From Hypanus sabinus (Eukaryota), in assembly GCF_030144855.1 (NCBI RefSeq), contig NC_082725.1, positions 10,106,001-10,170,000 of the forward strand: a DNA stretch of 64,000 nucleotides, written 5' to 3'. The notes under the pieces are model-generated. The model was not told where the DNA came from, ran no database searches, and worked only from the letters and a program-made list of their open reading frames with translations. Positions 13,401 to 26,785 of this stretch are shown one piece after another. Positions within the stretch are counted from its first letter, which is position 1. Every line of letters starts with the position of its first letter. Position numbers and translations under genes: made by a program.

Positions 13401-14039
13401 AGGTAAAGCATTCAGCATCAGGGTCCATAGAATTGAATTCCTCAAAATTGCTTCTACTACTTGTGCATTTAGTCAAAGAGATCAGGATTTAATTTCTATT
13501 CTTGCACATATCAAATATATGAATAACATTGACTCTGATGTATTTAGGAATTAAAAAAAAATCTTGTCAGTATTATGTTGAAAGTTGCCTGTTGGTTATT
13601 ATGTTCTCTAGATTCTTGAACATTTACAGCTAAAGAGGGTGAAAGCAATATGCCAAAGTAACACACACAAAATGCTGGAGGAACCTAGTAGGTCAGCCAG
13701 CATCTATGGAGAAGAATAAACAGTTGACATTTTGGCAAATTGCCTGAGCAAGAATTCACTTCTGTGAAGAGAACTAGGGAGTCTTGGAATAGCTTGTGGC
13801 ATGATTATCTTTAAAAATATTCATCCTTTTAATATCCCTCCCATCTCTGCAATCTCTTTCAGCCCTACTATCTTCTGAGGTGTTTGCAGTCCAGAACTGG
13901 GTTCCTGATCATCTCCATATGTAATAGCCCCACTATTGACACTCACGTCCTTTTCTCTTTTCACCAAAACTTCTCATCAAATATTTCCTTTAGACACAAT
14001 TTTACATCCATTTCATGACATTTAAATAAAAGCAGGGGC

Positions 14040-14265
14040 AGGACGGTAGCATAGGAGTTAAGATAATGCTATTACATTGCCAGTAACCCATGTCCAATTC
14101 TGTGTGCCCGTATGGAATTTGTACGTTCTCTCCATGACCACATAGGTTTCCTCCAGGTGCTCTGGTTTCCTCCCACATTCTAAAGATTTATGGGTTCGTA
14201 GTTTAATTGGTCATGTTGATCTGGAAAGGTTCGAACTGTGCCGTATCTCCACATAAAAATAAAAA
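14040..14265 (+). mobile_element. V-SINE
   Basis: tRNA-like head and V domain ggtttcctccaggtgctctggtttcctcccacattc. Confidence 0.8.
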
Positions 14266-14509
14266 TGAAAAAAAAATCTGAGCTTTACACTTTTATTTAT
14301 GTAGCTTTCAATGGCTGGTTTCCTGTAGAAAATGAGAACAAAGTTCTTTATTAATATAAATCTAACACAATCATTTTCCATGCCTTCCATTCTCTTTAAT
14401 CATCTTCCTTTGTTCCCTTTGTTGTCTGCCACAAGGTCTATCACCTGAGCCATCAACATGTGGGTTTGGGGACAATGTCACGGTGAGCACGATCGGACTC
14501 TTACAGCAT

Positions 14510-15830
14510 AGATAGATAGAAACTTTATTGATCCCAAAGGAAATTACAGTGTCGCGGTAGCATTACAAATGCACAGATATACACATATTAGAAGAGAAGA
14601 AAGAAAGAATTAAAAAAAATTAATTACCTCAAACAGTCTAACAGGAGGGCTTTATCACTTCCCTGGATATATAACCATATACAATTACAGCACAGAAACA
14701 GGCCATCTCAGCCCTTCTAGTCTGTGCCAAACGCTTACTCTCACCTAATCCCACTGACCCACACTCAGCCCATAACCCTCCATTCCTTTCCTGTCCATAT
14801 ACCTATCCAATTTTGCTTTAAATGACAATACCAAACCTGCCTCTACCACTTCTACTGGAAGCTCGTTCCACACAGCTACCACTCTCTGAGTAAAAAAATT
14901 CCCCTTCGTGTTACCCTTAAACTTTTGCCCCCCAAGTCTCAACTCATGTCCTCTTGTTTGAATCTCCCCTACTCTCAATGGAAAAAGCCTATCCACGTCA
15001 ACTCTATCTATCCCCCTCATAATTTTAAATACCTCTATCAAGTTCCCCCTCAACTTTCTACGCTCCAAAGAATAAAGGCCTAACTTGTTCAATCTTTCCC
15101 TGTAACTTAGGTGCTGAAGCCCAGGTAACATTCTAGTAAGTCTTCTCTGTACTCTCTCTACTTTGTTGACATCTTTCCCATAATTTGGTGACCAGAATAT
15201 AATATAGAGACTCATTTTAGAGACTAATGGCCAAGAGTAAGAATGACCTCATATAGTGCTTTTTGGAGCAGCACAGTTGTCTTAGTCTGTTACTAAAAGT
15301 GCTCCTCTGTTCAGCCCAGGTGGCATGAAGAGGGTGAGAAACATTGTGCAGAATTGCCAGGATTCTGCTGCAGTCTCCAGTGTGTTCATTTTGTCTCCTA
15401 CAACAGAGCCAGCCTAATCAGTTTATTGAGCCTGACGGCATCACCTGTGTTGGTACCATTGTCCCAGTGCACGACCGCACAGAAGATTGCACTGGCAACA
15501 ATAGACTGGTAGAACATGTAAAGGAGAGGCCTGAATACTCAAAGGACCCAGTTTCCTCAGGAAGTAGAGATGACTCTGGCCCTCTGTGCTTGTGCTGCAC
15601 TCAAAGTCTGTCATCCAGGTGCACCCCCAGATACCTGTAGATCCTCACCATCAATAGGAACAGGGAGCAGTGCAGGCTTATTCTTCCTAAAGTCCATCAC
15701 CGTCTACATTGTCTTACTGATGTTAATCTGCACATGATTCTGCTTGCATCATTTGGCAAAATCCTCTGCCAGGGCCCTGTATTCATCATCTCGTCCCGTC
15801 CTCTCTTTATGCAGCCGCCTATTGCTGAGC
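14510..15830 (-). mobile_element. Rex1/Babar-like LINE fragment with (tcta)n tail, interrupted by CR1
   Basis: gatagatag..tttattgatccc tail; same subfamily as 21050-21520 (DNVSHLLHATLAEQRSTFSNRLRQL..LRSFLPSAIRLYN). Confidence 0.75.
14670..15197 (-). mobile_element. CR1 LINE 3' fragment nested in a Rex1-like element
   Basis: ORF FWSPNYGKDVNKVERVQRRLTRMLPGL..LGLYSLERRKLRGNLIEVFKI..FFTQRVVAVWNELP is the CR1 ORF2 C-terminus. Confidence 0.92.
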
Positions 15831-16134
15831 ATGGAAACAGGCCCTTTTATCCAAGAGATCTATGCCAAATAGAGAGGCACATCCAAGCTAGGCCCCTTTA
15901 TCTTTGACCCATGACTTTCTTAACCAATCCGTCAACTGTCCTCGTGTCTTTTTTTAAAAAATCGTTATTATACCTGTCTCAGCTAATTCCATATACATGT
16001 TACACCTTGTGTGTGTGTGTGTGTGTATATAAAAAAAAAAGTTGCTCAAGATCCATTTAAATCTTTCCCCTCCCGATTCAAATCTAACCCTTGATTCACC
16101 AACCCTGGGAAAAGGTTGAGTACATTCAGCGTAT

Positions 16135-16440
16135 TTATCTAATTTATTTAGAGATACAGCGCAGGATATGCCCTTTCAGTCCTTCGAGCCAGACTGCCCA
16201 GCAAACCCTGACAATCACTGATTTAACTGTAACCTAATAATGGGAAGGTTTGCAATGACCAATTAACTTCTGAACCGCTCAGTCGTTGGACTGTGAGAGG
16301 AAACTAGAGTCCTGGGAGAAATCCCATGTATTTTGTGCGGAGGATGCACACACTCCTTACAGAGGATGTTGGGATCGAACTTTGAGCTCCGATGCCCCGA
16401 GTGGTTATAAGCATTGCACTAATCATTACACTTCCATGGC
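16135..16440 (-). mobile_element. V-SINE
   Basis: ttggactgtgagaggaaactagag..gggagaaatcccatg (reverse V domain). Confidence 0.7.
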
Positions 16441-16737
16441 GCCCCTTATCTATGCTCCTTTGTGATTTAATGCAGCTTTCAGATCACCTCGCAGTCTCCT
16501 GCACTCCCAAGAATAAAGTCCTAGTGTGTCCAACCTCTCCCTATAATTCAGTGACGTCAGCTCCTGGTAACAACCTTGTAAATCTTTATTGTGCTCTTTA
16601 CAGTTTAATAAGGGTGGTCAAAACTGCGCAATATACTCCAACTGCAGCCTCATCAGCATCCTGGAAAACATTCCAACTTTTACATTCAGTTCTCTGACTG
16701 ATGAAGGCCATCTTGGCTAAAGCTTCCCATAACGAGT

Positions 16738-17193
16738 GAGTAAAACACACACAACATGCTTGAGGAACTCAGAAAGTCAGGCAGCATCTATGGAGAGGAA
16801 TAACCAGCTGACATTTCAGGCTGAGATCATTCATCAGGACTGGAAAGGAAGGGATAGAAGCCATAATAAGAAGGTGGCAGGAGGGAAAGGAGTACACTGG
16901 GAGGTGATAGGTGAGTCCAGGTGAGGAGAAAGGTGAGTAGGAGGGGGAAATGATGCAAGAAGCTGAGAGGTGATAGGTGGAAGAGATAAAGGGTCAAAGA
17001 AGAAGTAATCTGATAGGAGAGGATAGTCAACCATGGGAGGAAGGAGAGGCCTTATTTGAGTCAGATGAAGGGGCTCAGACTGAAATGTAAACCGTTTATT
17101 TTCCTTTATAGATGCTGTCTGACTTGTTGAGTTCTTCCAGCATTTCGTATGTGTTGTTCATGATTTCCAGCATCTGCAGAATTTCTTGTGTTT
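16738..17193. mobile_element. Palindromic Penelope-derived element with purine-rich spacer
   Basis: Same inverted arms. Minus-strand hammerhead remnant ~16805-16841, degenerate plus-strand one ~17060-17095, separated by a ~200 bp GA-rich spacer. Confidence 0.7.
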
Positions 17194-17544
17194 TCCATTA
17201 AGAGTCTTGTTAATTAATCCATCCTAATTTATCTCCATCTGGCCTCAGTCAAAAGTCTTTGCCCCAATGGAAGATTCATTTGAACTGTAAAGCACTATTT
17301 GGATAGGTAGACGGATGGTAGGGGTTTGGAGGTCTATGGTCCCAGTGCAGGTCGATGGGAGTAGGCAGTTTAAACAGCTTGGCATGGACTAGGTGGGCTG
17401 AAGGGCCTGTTTGTGTGCTGTACTTTTCTTTGACTCTTCTGTGACTTTAATTGTTTAAAAGAATCATTTCATAAGGAACCATTATTATTGAATTTACTCT
17501 GGAAGTGGAGCTCAATAGAAAGAAGAAAATTTTTTTAAAACAGT

Positions 17545-17845
17545 ACAGTAGCACAGCAGTTAGTGCAGTTGCATTACAGAACTGGCGATCACTGTTTGGG
17601 GCTTGATTCCTGCCACTGTAAGGGGTTTGTACGCTCTCCATGTGTTTCCTCCGGGTGCTCTGGTTTCCTCTCACATTCCAAAGACATACAGGTTAGAGTT
17701 AGTAAGCTGTGTGCATGCTAATTTGATTCCAGAAACCTGGCTACAATTGCAGGCAGCCCCCATCACCACCTCGCTGATTTGGTTTGATGCAAGCAACACA
17801 TTTCACGCTGTGCTTTGACGTTTCACTGTCCATGTGACAACCTTT
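17545..17845 (+). mobile_element. V-SINE (alternative tail subfamily)
   Basis: V domain tttcctccgggtgctctggtttcctctcacattccaaagac; tail ending catgtgacaa. Confidence 0.8.
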
Positions 17846-18314
17846 AAACTTTCTTTATCCTTAATGTGAATATATTTTTTTTTGTAAGGTTTGCTGTGAG
17901 GTCTGTGGCATTTGGTTGGTGCTTGCGTTTACAGGGCTGGGTTAAATCTTGCAATGGACCTAAAATCGGAAACAGAATGAGATTTATTGGCACAGTTATT
18001 TTTTTTTGTGCTCGGGACGTTAATGGAGTTTACAGCCTATAAATTGCTTTTGAAGTAGAATTTGCAAATGCAACAACCAAGGTGGTGACGGCATTCCACA
18101 GACACATGAGCGATAAGTGACCATTAACTAGAGTTGTTAAAATACTGTTGCCCCCTTCTTTTCTCTAATTTAAAGGCATTTATACAAAAGCAAGAACAGT
18201 GAAGGGTTGGTTACATGGTACTTTGCAAATGGGAAGCTCTATTATTAGCTATTTTTAGAGAGTGGTCGGACAAACAGGGCTTCTTATTGAATAATATTTG
18301 ATCAATCAACGCGG

Positions 18315-18980
18315 GATTCCCTGAAGGTTAACTTGCAGGTTGAGTCATTGGGAAGGAGGCAAATGCATTCATTTTGAGAGGACTAGAATATAAAAACAAG
18401 AATGTAATGCTGAGGCTTTATAAAGGCACTGGTCAGGCCACACTTGGAGTATTGTGAATAGTTTTGGACCCCTTATTTAAGAAACATGCTAACGTTGGAA
18501 AAGGTTGAGAGATGATTATCAAGAATGATTCTGTAAATGAAAGGGTTAAATGTGAGGAGTGTTTGATGGCTCTGGTCCTGTACTTGCTAGAATTCAGAAG
18601 AATGTGGGGGATCTCATTGAAATCTATTGGATACTGGAAAGCTTAGACAGAGTGGATATGGAAAGGATGTTTACTATAGTGGGGGAGTCTAGGGCCATCG
18701 GGCACATCCTCAGAACAGAGAGGTGTCCATTAAAAACAGAGATGAGGAGGAATTTCTTTAGCCAGAGGGCAGTGAATCTGTGGAATTCATTGTCACAGAC
18801 AGCTATGGAGGTCAAGTCATTGAGTATATTTAAAGCCAAGGTTGATAGGCTTTTAATTAAAAGGGTTGCAGGCAGAGGGCAGGAAAATGGGGTTAAGCGG
18901 GATAATGTCAGCCAGGATTGAATGGCAGAACAGTCTCAATGGGCCAAATAGCCTAATTCTGCTCATATGTCTTATGTTCA
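18315..18980 (+). mobile_element. CR1 LINE 3' fragment
   Basis: GDLIEIY..EMRRNFFSQRAVNLWNSL plus the CR1 3'UTR. Confidence 0.88.
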
Positions 18981-19039
18981 GTATTTGTTGTGTGCGCACT
19001 CTTTCTGTGAGGGTATTGTACAGTAGGTCATAAATGGAG

Positions 19040-19430
19040 ATACTACAAGTGCTGGAAATCTAGAGTAATACACACAAGATGCAGGAGGAACCCGGCAGGT
19101 CAGGCAGCAACTATGGAGAAGAATTAACTGCCCATGTTTCAGGTCGAGACCCTTCATCAGGACTGGGAAGGAAGGAGGCAGAAGCCAGAATGAGACGTGG
19201 ATGGGTGAATGGAAGGAGAAAAAACTGGCAGGTGTTAGCTGAAGCCAGGTGGGTAGGAGAAGGGGGATGAAGTGAAAAGCTGGGCGGAGGAATCTGATAG
19301 AGGAAAATGGACTGTGTGAGAAAGGAAGGAGGAGGGGCACTGGGGGGAGGTGATAGGCAGGTCAGAAGGGAGGAGGGAAGACAGAATGAGGAATGGAAAA
19401 GGAGAGAAGGGGAGGGGAGGAGGGGCGTCA
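19040..19430 (-). mobile_element. Penelope-derived 3' end (single arm plus pyrimidine-rich UTR)
   Basis: Minus strand reads cagtcCTGATGAagggtctcgacctGAAAC at 19136-19165, followed by the family arm sequence. Confidence 0.7.
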
Positions 19431-19523
19431 GTTGGAAAGCTGGGCAGAGCATTGGCAGTTGAAGTTTAATCTTAACAAGTGTGAGGTGACGATTTGGGAA
19501 ATCAAAGGTGGTTAGAACATGCA

Positions 19524-19850
19524 CGGAGTGGCCACTTTATTAGGTACACCTGTACACCTACATGTTAATTACAAATATCTAGTCAGCCAATCATGTGATA
19601 GCAACTCGATGCATAAAAGCATGCAGGCATGGTCAAGAGGTTTGGTTGTTGTCCAGATCAAGCATCAGAATGGGGAAGAAATGTGATCTAAGTGACTTTG
19701 ACCGTGGAATGGTTATTGGTGCCAGATGGGGTGGTTTGAGTATCTCAAAAACTGTTGTTCTCCTGGGATTTTCATGCACAACAGTCTCTAGAGTTTACAG
19801 AGAATGGTGTAAGAAACAGAAAATAGCTAAAAAATGTTGATGAACAGAGA
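19524..19850 (+). mobile_element. Tc1/mariner remnant (5' end and transposase N-terminus)
   Basis: MGKKCDLSDFDRGMVIGARWGGLSISKT..LLGFSCTTVSRVYREW, a Tc1-type paired-like HTH; terminus gtggccactttattaggtacac. Confidence 0.85.
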
Positions 19851-20374
19851 GACCTAGGCACCAAGTCTAGTGTTCCCTGAAAGTGGGGAGAATGGTGGAG
19901 GAGAAATTGGTGTGCTTTTCTTCAACGGTGGGGCACATCCTGTATGTGTTAGGATGTTCTCTTGCAACTTTACAGAACGCTGGTTAGACCGCATAAGGAT
20001 ATTGTTTGCCATTCTGGCCATCAATCACACTGTAGTATGGAGGAAATTGCTCTGGAGAAAACCCTGAGGAGATTTGCCAGGATGTGACCTGCGTCAGAGG
20101 ATTTTAGTCCACGTGGGAGATTGGATAGGCTAGGCATGTCTTCCCTGAAGTGAAGGAGACTGAAGGTTGACAACACAGAAGTATATGAAAATATGGAATA
20201 GGTATTATAGGTAGTCAAAATCATTTTTTCCATAGTAAGTATATTAACAGCAAAATGGTGTAAGTTTAAAGTGAGAGGAAAGAACTTTAAAGGCAATTTA
20301 TTTTGACAGAGTTGTTGAGATCTGTAATCCACTGAAGAGAAAACGGTGGAATCAGGTCCAAAGTACCTAGACCA

Positions 20375-20995
20375 TTACAGCACATTACAGGCCTTCCACC
20401 CCATGATGTTGTGCTGACCTTTTAACTTGCTCTAAGATCAATCGAACTCTTTCCTTCTACATAACCATCCATTTTTATTTCATCCATGTGCCTATCTAAG
20501 AATCTCTTAAACGTTCTAAAGTATCTGCCTCTACCATCATCCCTGGCATGGTGTTCCATCCACTCACCACTCGCTGTGTAAAAAAAACTTACCTCTGACA
20601 TCCCACCCCTTTACTTTCCTCCAACCATCTTCAAATTACATCCATTGTATTACCCATTGCCACCCTGGGAAAACTTCTCTGGCTATCTTCTCAGTCTGTG
20701 CCTCTTACCCTTCTATCAAATCACCCCTCATCCTCCTTCTCTCTAAAGAGAAAAGCCTTAGCTTATTTAAGCTATCCTCATAAGAAAATGTTCTCTAATC
20801 CAGGCAGCATCCTGGTAAATCTCCCCTGCACCCTCTCTGAAGCTCCCACGTCCTTCCTATAATGAGGTGACCATAACTGAACATGATATTCCAAATGTGG
20901 TCTATATAGAGCTGTAAGATTACTTTGCGGCTCTTGAACACAAACCCCTGACACCATATGCCTTCTTAACCACCCTCTCAATCTGTACTGCACCC
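20375..20995 (-). mobile_element. CR1 LINE 3' fragment
   Basis: RPHLEYHVQLWSPHYRKDVGASERVQGRFTRMLPGLE. Confidence 0.88.
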
Positions 20996-21049
20996 ATACA
21001 CCTTATTAAGTAAGGTATAGAAGTTAAGTTCCAAGGTATAGAAGTTAAG

Positions 21050-21522
21050 AATTGATCTCAGAGAAAATTACAGTGTCACAGTAGCATTACAAGTGCACAG
21101 ATATAAATATTAGAAGAGAAGTAGAAAGAATAAAAAATAACTTACCACAAACAGTCTAAAAGGAGGGGTTCATCACTTCCCTGGCTACAGAATGACTCAT
21201 TATATAGCCTAATGGCCGAGGGTAAGAATGATCTCAAATGGCGCTCTTTGAAGGAGCACAATTGTCTTAGTCTGTTACTAAAAGTGCTCCTCTGTTCAGC
21301 CAAGGTGGCATGCAGAAGGTGAGAAACATTGTCCCGAATTGCCAGGATTTCCCGTAGTGTCCTTTGTTCTACCACAGCCCCCAGTGTGTCCAGTTTGACT
21401 TCTATAACAGAGCCAACCTTTTTGATCAGTTTGTTGAGCCTGTTGGTATCACCTGTGTTGATGCCATTGCCTCAGCACAACATCACATAGAAGACTGCAC
21501 AACAGACTGGTAGAACATGTGA
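21050..21522 (-). mobile_element. Rex1/Babar-like LINE 3' fragment
   Basis: ORF 21142..21375 DNVSHLLHATLAEQRSTFSNRLRQL..RSFLPSAIRLYN. Confidence 0.8.
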
Positions 21523-23692
21523 AAATTTTTCACAAAGGGGATTAATATAAGTTGGCAAAAAGGTGATCATAGAAATGCTGGGCCAAAGGCCCTGTTTCTG
21601 TGGTGTATGACTATATTAGCCAAGGTTCAAATGAGTCTCGGATTGCAGTGATTGTGACTGCAATGACTACAGTCCGCAGCCTGTAATTTTCCTTTTGGGA
21701 TTCTGTTTCTGAACCGTCCGTATGGCCTGGCTTTGTTTGTGATATTCTGAAGGATTCAGCAAACCAGATTCGCGAGAGTGCAGGTACAATCACAGCGACT
21801 ATTACTGGAGTGGACTTGGGGCTGGTCTGAAACACCGTGCTGGATTAAAGCACCGGGGCCCGGGCAGATTGATATGCTGAGCTAGATTAAAAAGATTAAG
21901 GTGCGAAGGATGATCTGCTTCTTGAGACTTTACTTGCCTCAGTGCTGAACTGACTCTGCAGCTGTGGCCTGCAGCCATTGGCACTCACCTCAGCTCTGAA
22001 CTGGCTCCATCCATGGCTATGGCCTGCAGCCATTGGGCTCCTGGACCAGTTGCAGCTCTGAATTGGCTCTGTGGTTGTAGCCTTACTTTTAGGGACTCTA
22101 TGCTTCATGTTCTTAAGATTGTTTATGTGTTTTTTATTGCACTTTTTATTTTTTATTTTTTGCATATTGGTTGTTTGGCTGTCTTTGTGATATGGGGAGT
22201 TTCATGAATTCTATTGGTGTTTCTTTGTTTTGTGCCTGTCTGCAAAAAGACGAATTTCAAATGTAATTTGACATTGACTTTGGCACTAAGAGAATTCTTT
22301 AGATCCTATCATATGCTTTTCTTATTTCTCAAGCATTTTGATAGATGAAGAAACTTTTGATTAAATGTTTTTTTTCAAAATATCCCATTAGCCCTGGTTT
22401 ATTACAAAACAGATGTGTCACAACAGCTTTGGTCATAAGGCATTGGGTTTAGGGCTATATCCCTTCCACTCAACCCACAATCTCTTTGACCCATTACCAG
22501 CAGGAAGGTGGTACAGGAGCATCAGGATTAGGACTGCCAGACTGGGTAAGAGCTTCTTTACCCAGTCTGTGAGATGAATGAATCCCCTGCCGCCTCCGAA
22601 GTTTCGGCACCAGGACAGCAAACTGCTAACTCTTTACCTGTGCTGCACACTGCATACACTTTGAATTATATTTTATTAATTGTGGTCATATTTTGTTTCT
22701 GTGCTGTGTGTGATTTGTGTATTGTGGGTGCACTGTGACCCGGAGGAATACTGTGTAGCTTGGTTGTATATGGGGACCATCAGATGACAATACACTTTAA
22801 CTTTTGGCTTCTGGTCAAGATGGCGCACCCACGGTCGACATCTTCTGGATAGACCATGGAACTATTTATTTCACCTCCTTTATGTCTTTTATGTATCGAG
22901 TGTGTTTCTGGAACTGTTGGAGCCTGTGGTTTGCAGTTTGGAGATCTTCTGGGTGATCCAGTGCTTTGCAGTCTTCGAGAGGATTCTGGGAGGCAGAGGC
23001 AGCGAGTGTGATCCTCATAGTGAGCAGGCTGAGGTACGGGCCATGAGTGGATGTTTGACTCCACTTTGCCAATTAGTGCTTCCACTGTTTGCCGAAGAAA
23101 GCGACAAGGGAGATTGAAGCATCGAGACGAAAGTGGAGGGTGTGTGCCGGCTGCCTGCCTTTGACCTGCTGCCATTCTGGAGAATGTTAGCCCGCTTTTC
23201 TGCATTTTGGATTTGGATATGATGTGGACTTGCAATCTGGACTTTTTTTCAGTCTTATAGTTTTTTCCATATTCTATGCTTCATATTCTGATCTTACTCG
23301 TCTTTTTGTATGCGCGGAAGGGGATTCAGGGGTTGATGATCACGCTACCGTTCTTTCTTGGTTCTCTGGCTATCTGGAGAAGAATAATTTCAGAGTTGTA
23401 TATTTTGATAATAAATAAACCTTTGAATAAGTTACTGGGTTTAGGGCTTCGAGCTGCTTTCTTTCTAGCTCGCAGGTGCTGCTTAGCCTTAGTAAATGCT
23501 GTAGAGAAACTGGTCCTAATTGTGTACCCAACCATGCTGTGGAATAAAGTTATTTTACCAAAATTATTGTTTTTCTTGAAAGCTACATTCAACAACTTCT
23601 GTAAGACTCATGTATTCCTTTAAAAGATGTGACCATTGAATTAGTTCTTACCCATCTGCCTCTTCCCTTTGTCCACACATCTATTTTCTTCA

Positions 23693-23843
23693 ACACATAC
23701 AACACGCAGGAGGAATGTCCTGACGAAGCGTCTCAGCCCGAAACGCTGACTGCTCGTTTCCACGGATGCTGCCTGACCTGCTGAGTTCCTCCAGTGTGTT
23801 GTACGTGTTGCTTTGACCACAGCATCTGCAGTGTACTTTGTGT
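23693..23843 (+). mobile_element. Penelope-derived element with hammerhead remnant
   Basis: CTGACGAagcgtctcagcccGAAACgctgactg at 23720-23752, followed by the family arm. Confidence 0.7.
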
Positions 23844-24107
23844 CATCTATTTTCTTCAGTTGGTATCCCCATATTGTGTGTGATGAGAAAGTGCAAAGAG
23901 ATAAATTCTTGAATCACTGCTTACTTTGCATTCTTTATCAGGAATCCGTAAATTTGTTGGAATGCATTCAAATGTGAAGCAGCCACTCCACCAGGTTCAG
24001 GAACAGTCATTATCCCTCAACCACCAGGCTCTTAAACCAGAGGGGATAACTTCACTCACCCCAACACTTTACCCACAATCTAAGAACTTTCAAGAACTCT
24101 TCAACTC

Positions 24108-24385
24108 GCGTAGCATAGTGGTTAGCACAACGCTTTACAGTACAGACGACCCTGATTCAATTCCCACCACTGCCTGAAAGGCGTTTGTACATTCTCCCCA
24201 TGACCGCATGGGTTTCCTCCAGATGCTCTGGTTTCCTCTCACATTCCAAAGACATACCGGTTGGTAGGTTAATTAGTCATTGTAAATTGTCTTGTGATTA
24301 GGCTAGGATTAAATCGGGGGATTGCTAGGTGGTGTGGCTTGAAGGACTGGACAGCCCTATTCTGCACTGTATCTCAATAAATAAA
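24108..24385 (+). mobile_element. V-SINE (HE1-like tRNA-derived SINE)
   Basis: A box tagcatagtggttag; B-like gattcaattcc; V domain gggtttcctccagatgctctggtttcctctcacattccaaagac; (aata)n tail. Confidence 0.85.
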
Positions 24386-24429
24386 CTCATGTTCTTGATA
24401 TGTATTGATTATTTATTTATTTTTGTGTT

Positions 24430-24705
24430 GGCGCATGGCCAAGTGGTTAAGGCGTTGGTCTAGTGATCTGAAAGTCGCTAGTTTGAGCCTCAGCTAAGTG
24501 AGCGTGTTGTGTCCTCGAGCAAGGCACTTAACCACACATTGCTCTGTGACGACGCCAGTGCCAAGCTGTATCAGCCCTTGCCCTTCCCTTGGACAACGTC
24601 GGTGATGTGCAGCGGGGAGACTTGCAGCATGGCAACTGCCGTTCTCCCATACAACCTTGCCCAGGCTTCCAAGGAACAAATCCATGGTCTCTCGAGACTA
24701 ACGGT
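24430..24705 (+). mobile_element. tRNA-derived SINE with CORE-like domain and RTE-related 3' part
   Basis: A box tggccaagtggttaagg; B-like gtttgagcc; CORE-like gtgtcctcgagcaaggcacttaacc; 3' part gtgccaagctgtatc..ccttgcc shared with the 32.0 kb element. Confidence 0.7.
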
Positions 24706-25299
24706 TACATATTTCTATTTATTTTTGTTTTTTTTTTTCTTTTTGTGTTTGCAGTTTGTTATCTTTTGCACATTGGTCTGTCTTTGTAATGTGTGATTTT
24801 TTCATTGATTCTATTGTATTTCTTCATATCTACTGTGAATGCCTGTAAGAAAATGAATCTCAAGGTGAGATATGGTTTTTTATATACACACACACTTTGA
24901 TAATAAATTTACTTTGAACGTTAAACAAGGTCCGGTGGCCTTGTTGAAATTTAAGCCTATTACTGTACTGCACACAGTTCAGCTGTAGATATATTGAGCC
25001 AGGTTTTTTAAACATAAGACAAAATATTTTCAAAGGAGCGTACCACTTTCCATGTTACCTGCACTGACCCGTTTCATTAAGCATGTCCTGCCCAATCTGT
25101 GGCACGGTCTTCAGATGTCACATCGTCCTCATTAGCTACCTCATTAGATCTGAAATGGGAGCAGGTAGTCTGCCAACGGGAGGAACTGTCTGAGAAAAAT
25201 AGTAATCACCATGTACCCTTGTTACTTCTCAGCTGTTACCTCATGTAGAGATAATAGGAAGATTCATATTCATTTTAAGCATCGGCTGTAATCCTAAGT

Positions 25300-25625
25300 A
25301 AGACACACAACGTGGTGGAAGAACTCAGCAGGTCAGGCAGCATCTATGGAGAGGAATGAACAGTTGATATTTCGGGCCGAGACCTTTCATCAGACAGGAA
25401 AAGGAGGAAGAAGGCAGAGTAAGATGGGGGGTGGGGGGGGAAGAGAAGGTGCACAAGGTGGCAGATGATAGGCGAAGGCAGCTGAGGGAGGAGATAGGTG
25501 GGTAGGGGAGGGGGAATTTCAACTGTGTATTCCTCTACATAGATGCTGACTGACCTGCTGAGTTCCTCCAGCATTTAATGTGTGTTGCTCTGGATTTACA
25601 GCAACTGCAGAATATCTTGTGTTTC
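25300..25625. mobile_element. Palindromic Penelope-derived element
   Basis: Inverted arms; minus strand CTGATGAaaggtctcggcccGAAAtatc at ~25366-25393. Confidence 0.7.
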
Positions 25626-26274
25626 TACAAATTAGCGACTGTTAATGTTTTGAAAGCAATAGAGTAAATTGCTGGTTTAGTTTTGCTGACATCTCTTGGA
25701 GTGTTACTAATCAAGCAATGAATTCTTGGGCTCAAAGCTTTGACCTCGCTTTAACTCCAGGGATATCTTAATTATTTTAAGCCGGACACACAGTCATCCA
25801 CTATGCATTCACATGAGATATGGATGCGGCACAGCTTGTGGGCAATTGTGAGAAAGCAATTCCCCATTTCCTCTCCAAATCATCCAAGTCTCATTTCCAC
25901 TCTCGTGATCAAATGCTGAATGTTTTTTGTGTGAAGCAGTCTCTTGACAACTGCCTTAAATCTGCCTTTTGTTATTTTGGTCATTCTGCAAGAACTAAAA
26001 TCGCTTTGTCTTCTGTAAACAGTTTACAATCCTATCTGTTTCTCAATATTTAAAAAGCTGTCATTGGGTTTGATTGGCTCCTGCTTTCGACAAAGCTCTT
26101 TTTGTTGTTCTGTTGATTATTACTATGTTGTAATTATATATGTAGTGCAAGGTTTATTAAGCCCTCAGATATAAATTAACCTGTACCTTGAGTTTTTGAT
26201 GACTTGATATTGTCCACTTTGCTTCTCTACATGTGTAAGTTATACCGCAGTCAGATTAGACACTGCGTACATGA

Positions 26275-26785
26275 ACTCAGTGGTCGCTTTATCAGCTACT
26301 CCTGTACACCTTGTTAATGTAAATATCTAATCAACCAATCATGTGGCAGCAACTCAATGCATAAAAGCATGCAGATGTATTCAAGAGGTTCAGTTGTTCA
26401 GACCAAACATCAGATTGGGGAAGAAGTGTGATCTACTAAGTGACTTTGACTATGGATCATTTGTTGGTGCCAGATGGGGTGGTTTCAGTATCTCAAAAAC
26501 TACTGATCTCCTGGGATTTTCACACAAACCAGTCTTTAGAGTTTACAGAGAGTGGTGTGAAAATCACAAAACATCCAGTGATCGGCAGTTCTGTGGGTGA
26601 AAACACCTTGTTAATGAGAGAGGTCAGAGGAGAATGGCCAGACTGGTTCAAGCTGACAGGAAACTCACATTTTACATCAGTGTAGGCGAGCTTCTCTGAC
26701 CACACAAGAAGTCAAATGTTGAAGGGGATGGGCTATAATAAAAGAAAACCACAAAGATACATTCTGTGGCTACTTTATTAGGCCA
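26275..26785 (+). mobile_element. Tc1/mariner remnant
   Basis: Same family: GKKCDL-SDFDYGSFVGARWGGFSISKTTDLLGFSHKPVFRVYREW. Confidence 0.85.

Noticed and set aside
24430-24500. tRNA gene
   Set aside because: A/B boxes are present but there is no acceptor stem and it runs into SINE body; the same applies to the V-SINE heads.
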